DNA of 64,000 nucleotides from an uncultured Lachnospiraceae bacterium (GTDB lineage Bacteria; Bacillota; Clostridia; Lachnospirales; Lachnospiraceae): NCBI GenBank assembly GCA_910578885.1, contig CAJTSH010000012.1, positions 25,950 to 89,949 of the forward strand, read 5' to 3'. Shown piece by piece: positions 63,322 to 64,000 of this stretch (position 1 is its first letter; each line of letters starts with the position of its first letter). The notes under the pieces were generated by a model. It saw only the letters and a program-made list of their open reading frames with translations, ran no database searches and was not told where the DNA came from. The position numbers and the translations under genes were made by a program.

Positions 63322-63492
63322 GGAGAAGATAAAACATTTCATACATAATTCTATATGTATTATTGCTTTGTAAAGTATCCAGGGGGTATTTACGAGTGTC
63401 AAGAGCAGGCAGGAGATAGATGATGGTATCTTCTGCCTTTTGCTATAGGTATCCTTTTGTCAGATAAATGATATATAAATAAAAAATTTTCC

Positions 63493-63522
63493 TTGACTAG
63501 CTTTCCGGGCTTGTGTTATCAT
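63493..63522 (+). promoter_or_regulatory. Probable sigma-A promoter of rpoB
   Basis: TTGACT-N18-TATCAT with extended TG. Confidence 0.55.
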
Positions 63523-63675
63523 ATAGGTTGCACTATTGTGGTGAGATAGGCTCTTCTTGTCAAGTGTTTTTTTACAAAATATTAAAAATACTTGAAAATA
63601 AGCCTTGCAAGTGTTCGGCGGACATACAGCCGTACTGCCAGACACGATAAATAAAAAACGAGAGGTGAAACGTCA

Positions 63676-64000
63676 ATGGAGAAAAACAGAATACGTCCGG
63701 TGAAAGCTGGAAAAAGCATACGTATGAGTTACTCAAGACAAAAAGAGGTATTGGAAATGCCGAATCTGATTGAGGTTCAGAAGGACTCCTATCAGTGGTT
63801 CTTGGATGAGGGACTAAAGGAAGTATTTGCCGATATCTCTCCGATTGCGGATTACAGCGGTCATTTTAGTCTGGAGTTTGTGGATTTTACGTTATGCGAG
63901 GACGATGTAAAATACTCTATTCAGGAATGCAAGCAGAGAGATGCTACCTATGCAGCACCCTTGAAAGTGAAAGTAAGACTTCACAACAAAGAGAATGATG
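63676..64000 (+). CDS. rpoB: RNA polymerase beta subunit, 5' part (truncated by window end)
   Basis: MEKNRIRPV...[28 protein letters not shown]...[15 protein letters not shown]; synteny after rplL. Confidence 0.97.
   Translation, partial: MEKNRIRPVKAGKSIRMSYSRQKEVLEMPNLIEVQKDSYQWFLDEGLKEVFADISPIADYSGHFSLEFVDFTLCEDDVKYSIQECKQRDATYAAPLKVKVRLHNKEND

Noticed and set aside
63132..63332. 66-aa ORF in the rplL-rpoB spacer
   Set aside because: No recognisable features, and it runs through the promoter-like element; the alternative-frame small ORF has a better placed RBS

Overview
This is a chromosomal window from a motile, spore-forming Clostridia bacterium, most likely Lachnospiraceae. The assignment is inferred from gene content and the Lys-rich Ig/FN3 tails on secreted enzymes. 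In order it carries: a 1861-aa GH81 beta-1,3-glucanase; an MCP; a sigma-28 flagellar unit (large FliK/DUF6240-like protein, flagellin, fliS); yaaL/bofA; a Tad/Flp pilus operon ending in an FHA protein and a rhomboid protease; GH113 and a 1653-aa GH53 galactanase with a divergent MCP; an NSS transporter and rarA; an ECF sigma/ABC module; a MerR-methyltransferase fusion; spoVT, tcdA, a class A PBP and a ROK glucokinase; a sugar-binding-domain GGDEF protein; a 724-aa orphan; a tRNA; an atypical FliD-like gene; and rpmG-secE-nusG-rplKAJL-rpoB. Five observations stand out. (1) The 724-aa orphan beside the tRNA has an aerolysin/ETX-MTX2-like pore-forming signature. (2) The tRNA-Pro has the rare anticodon AGG. 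(3) A 38-bp element (35/38 identical) overlaps a candidate -35 both upstream of the Tad operon and in the rplL-rpoB spacer. (4) A Tad minor pilin carries tandem His/Cys Zn-finger-like modules, suggesting DNA binding. (5) Several families of dispersed palindromic repeats are present. No CRISPR array, transposase, integrase or phage gene was seen. All family calls come from motif recognition by eye; no database search was run.
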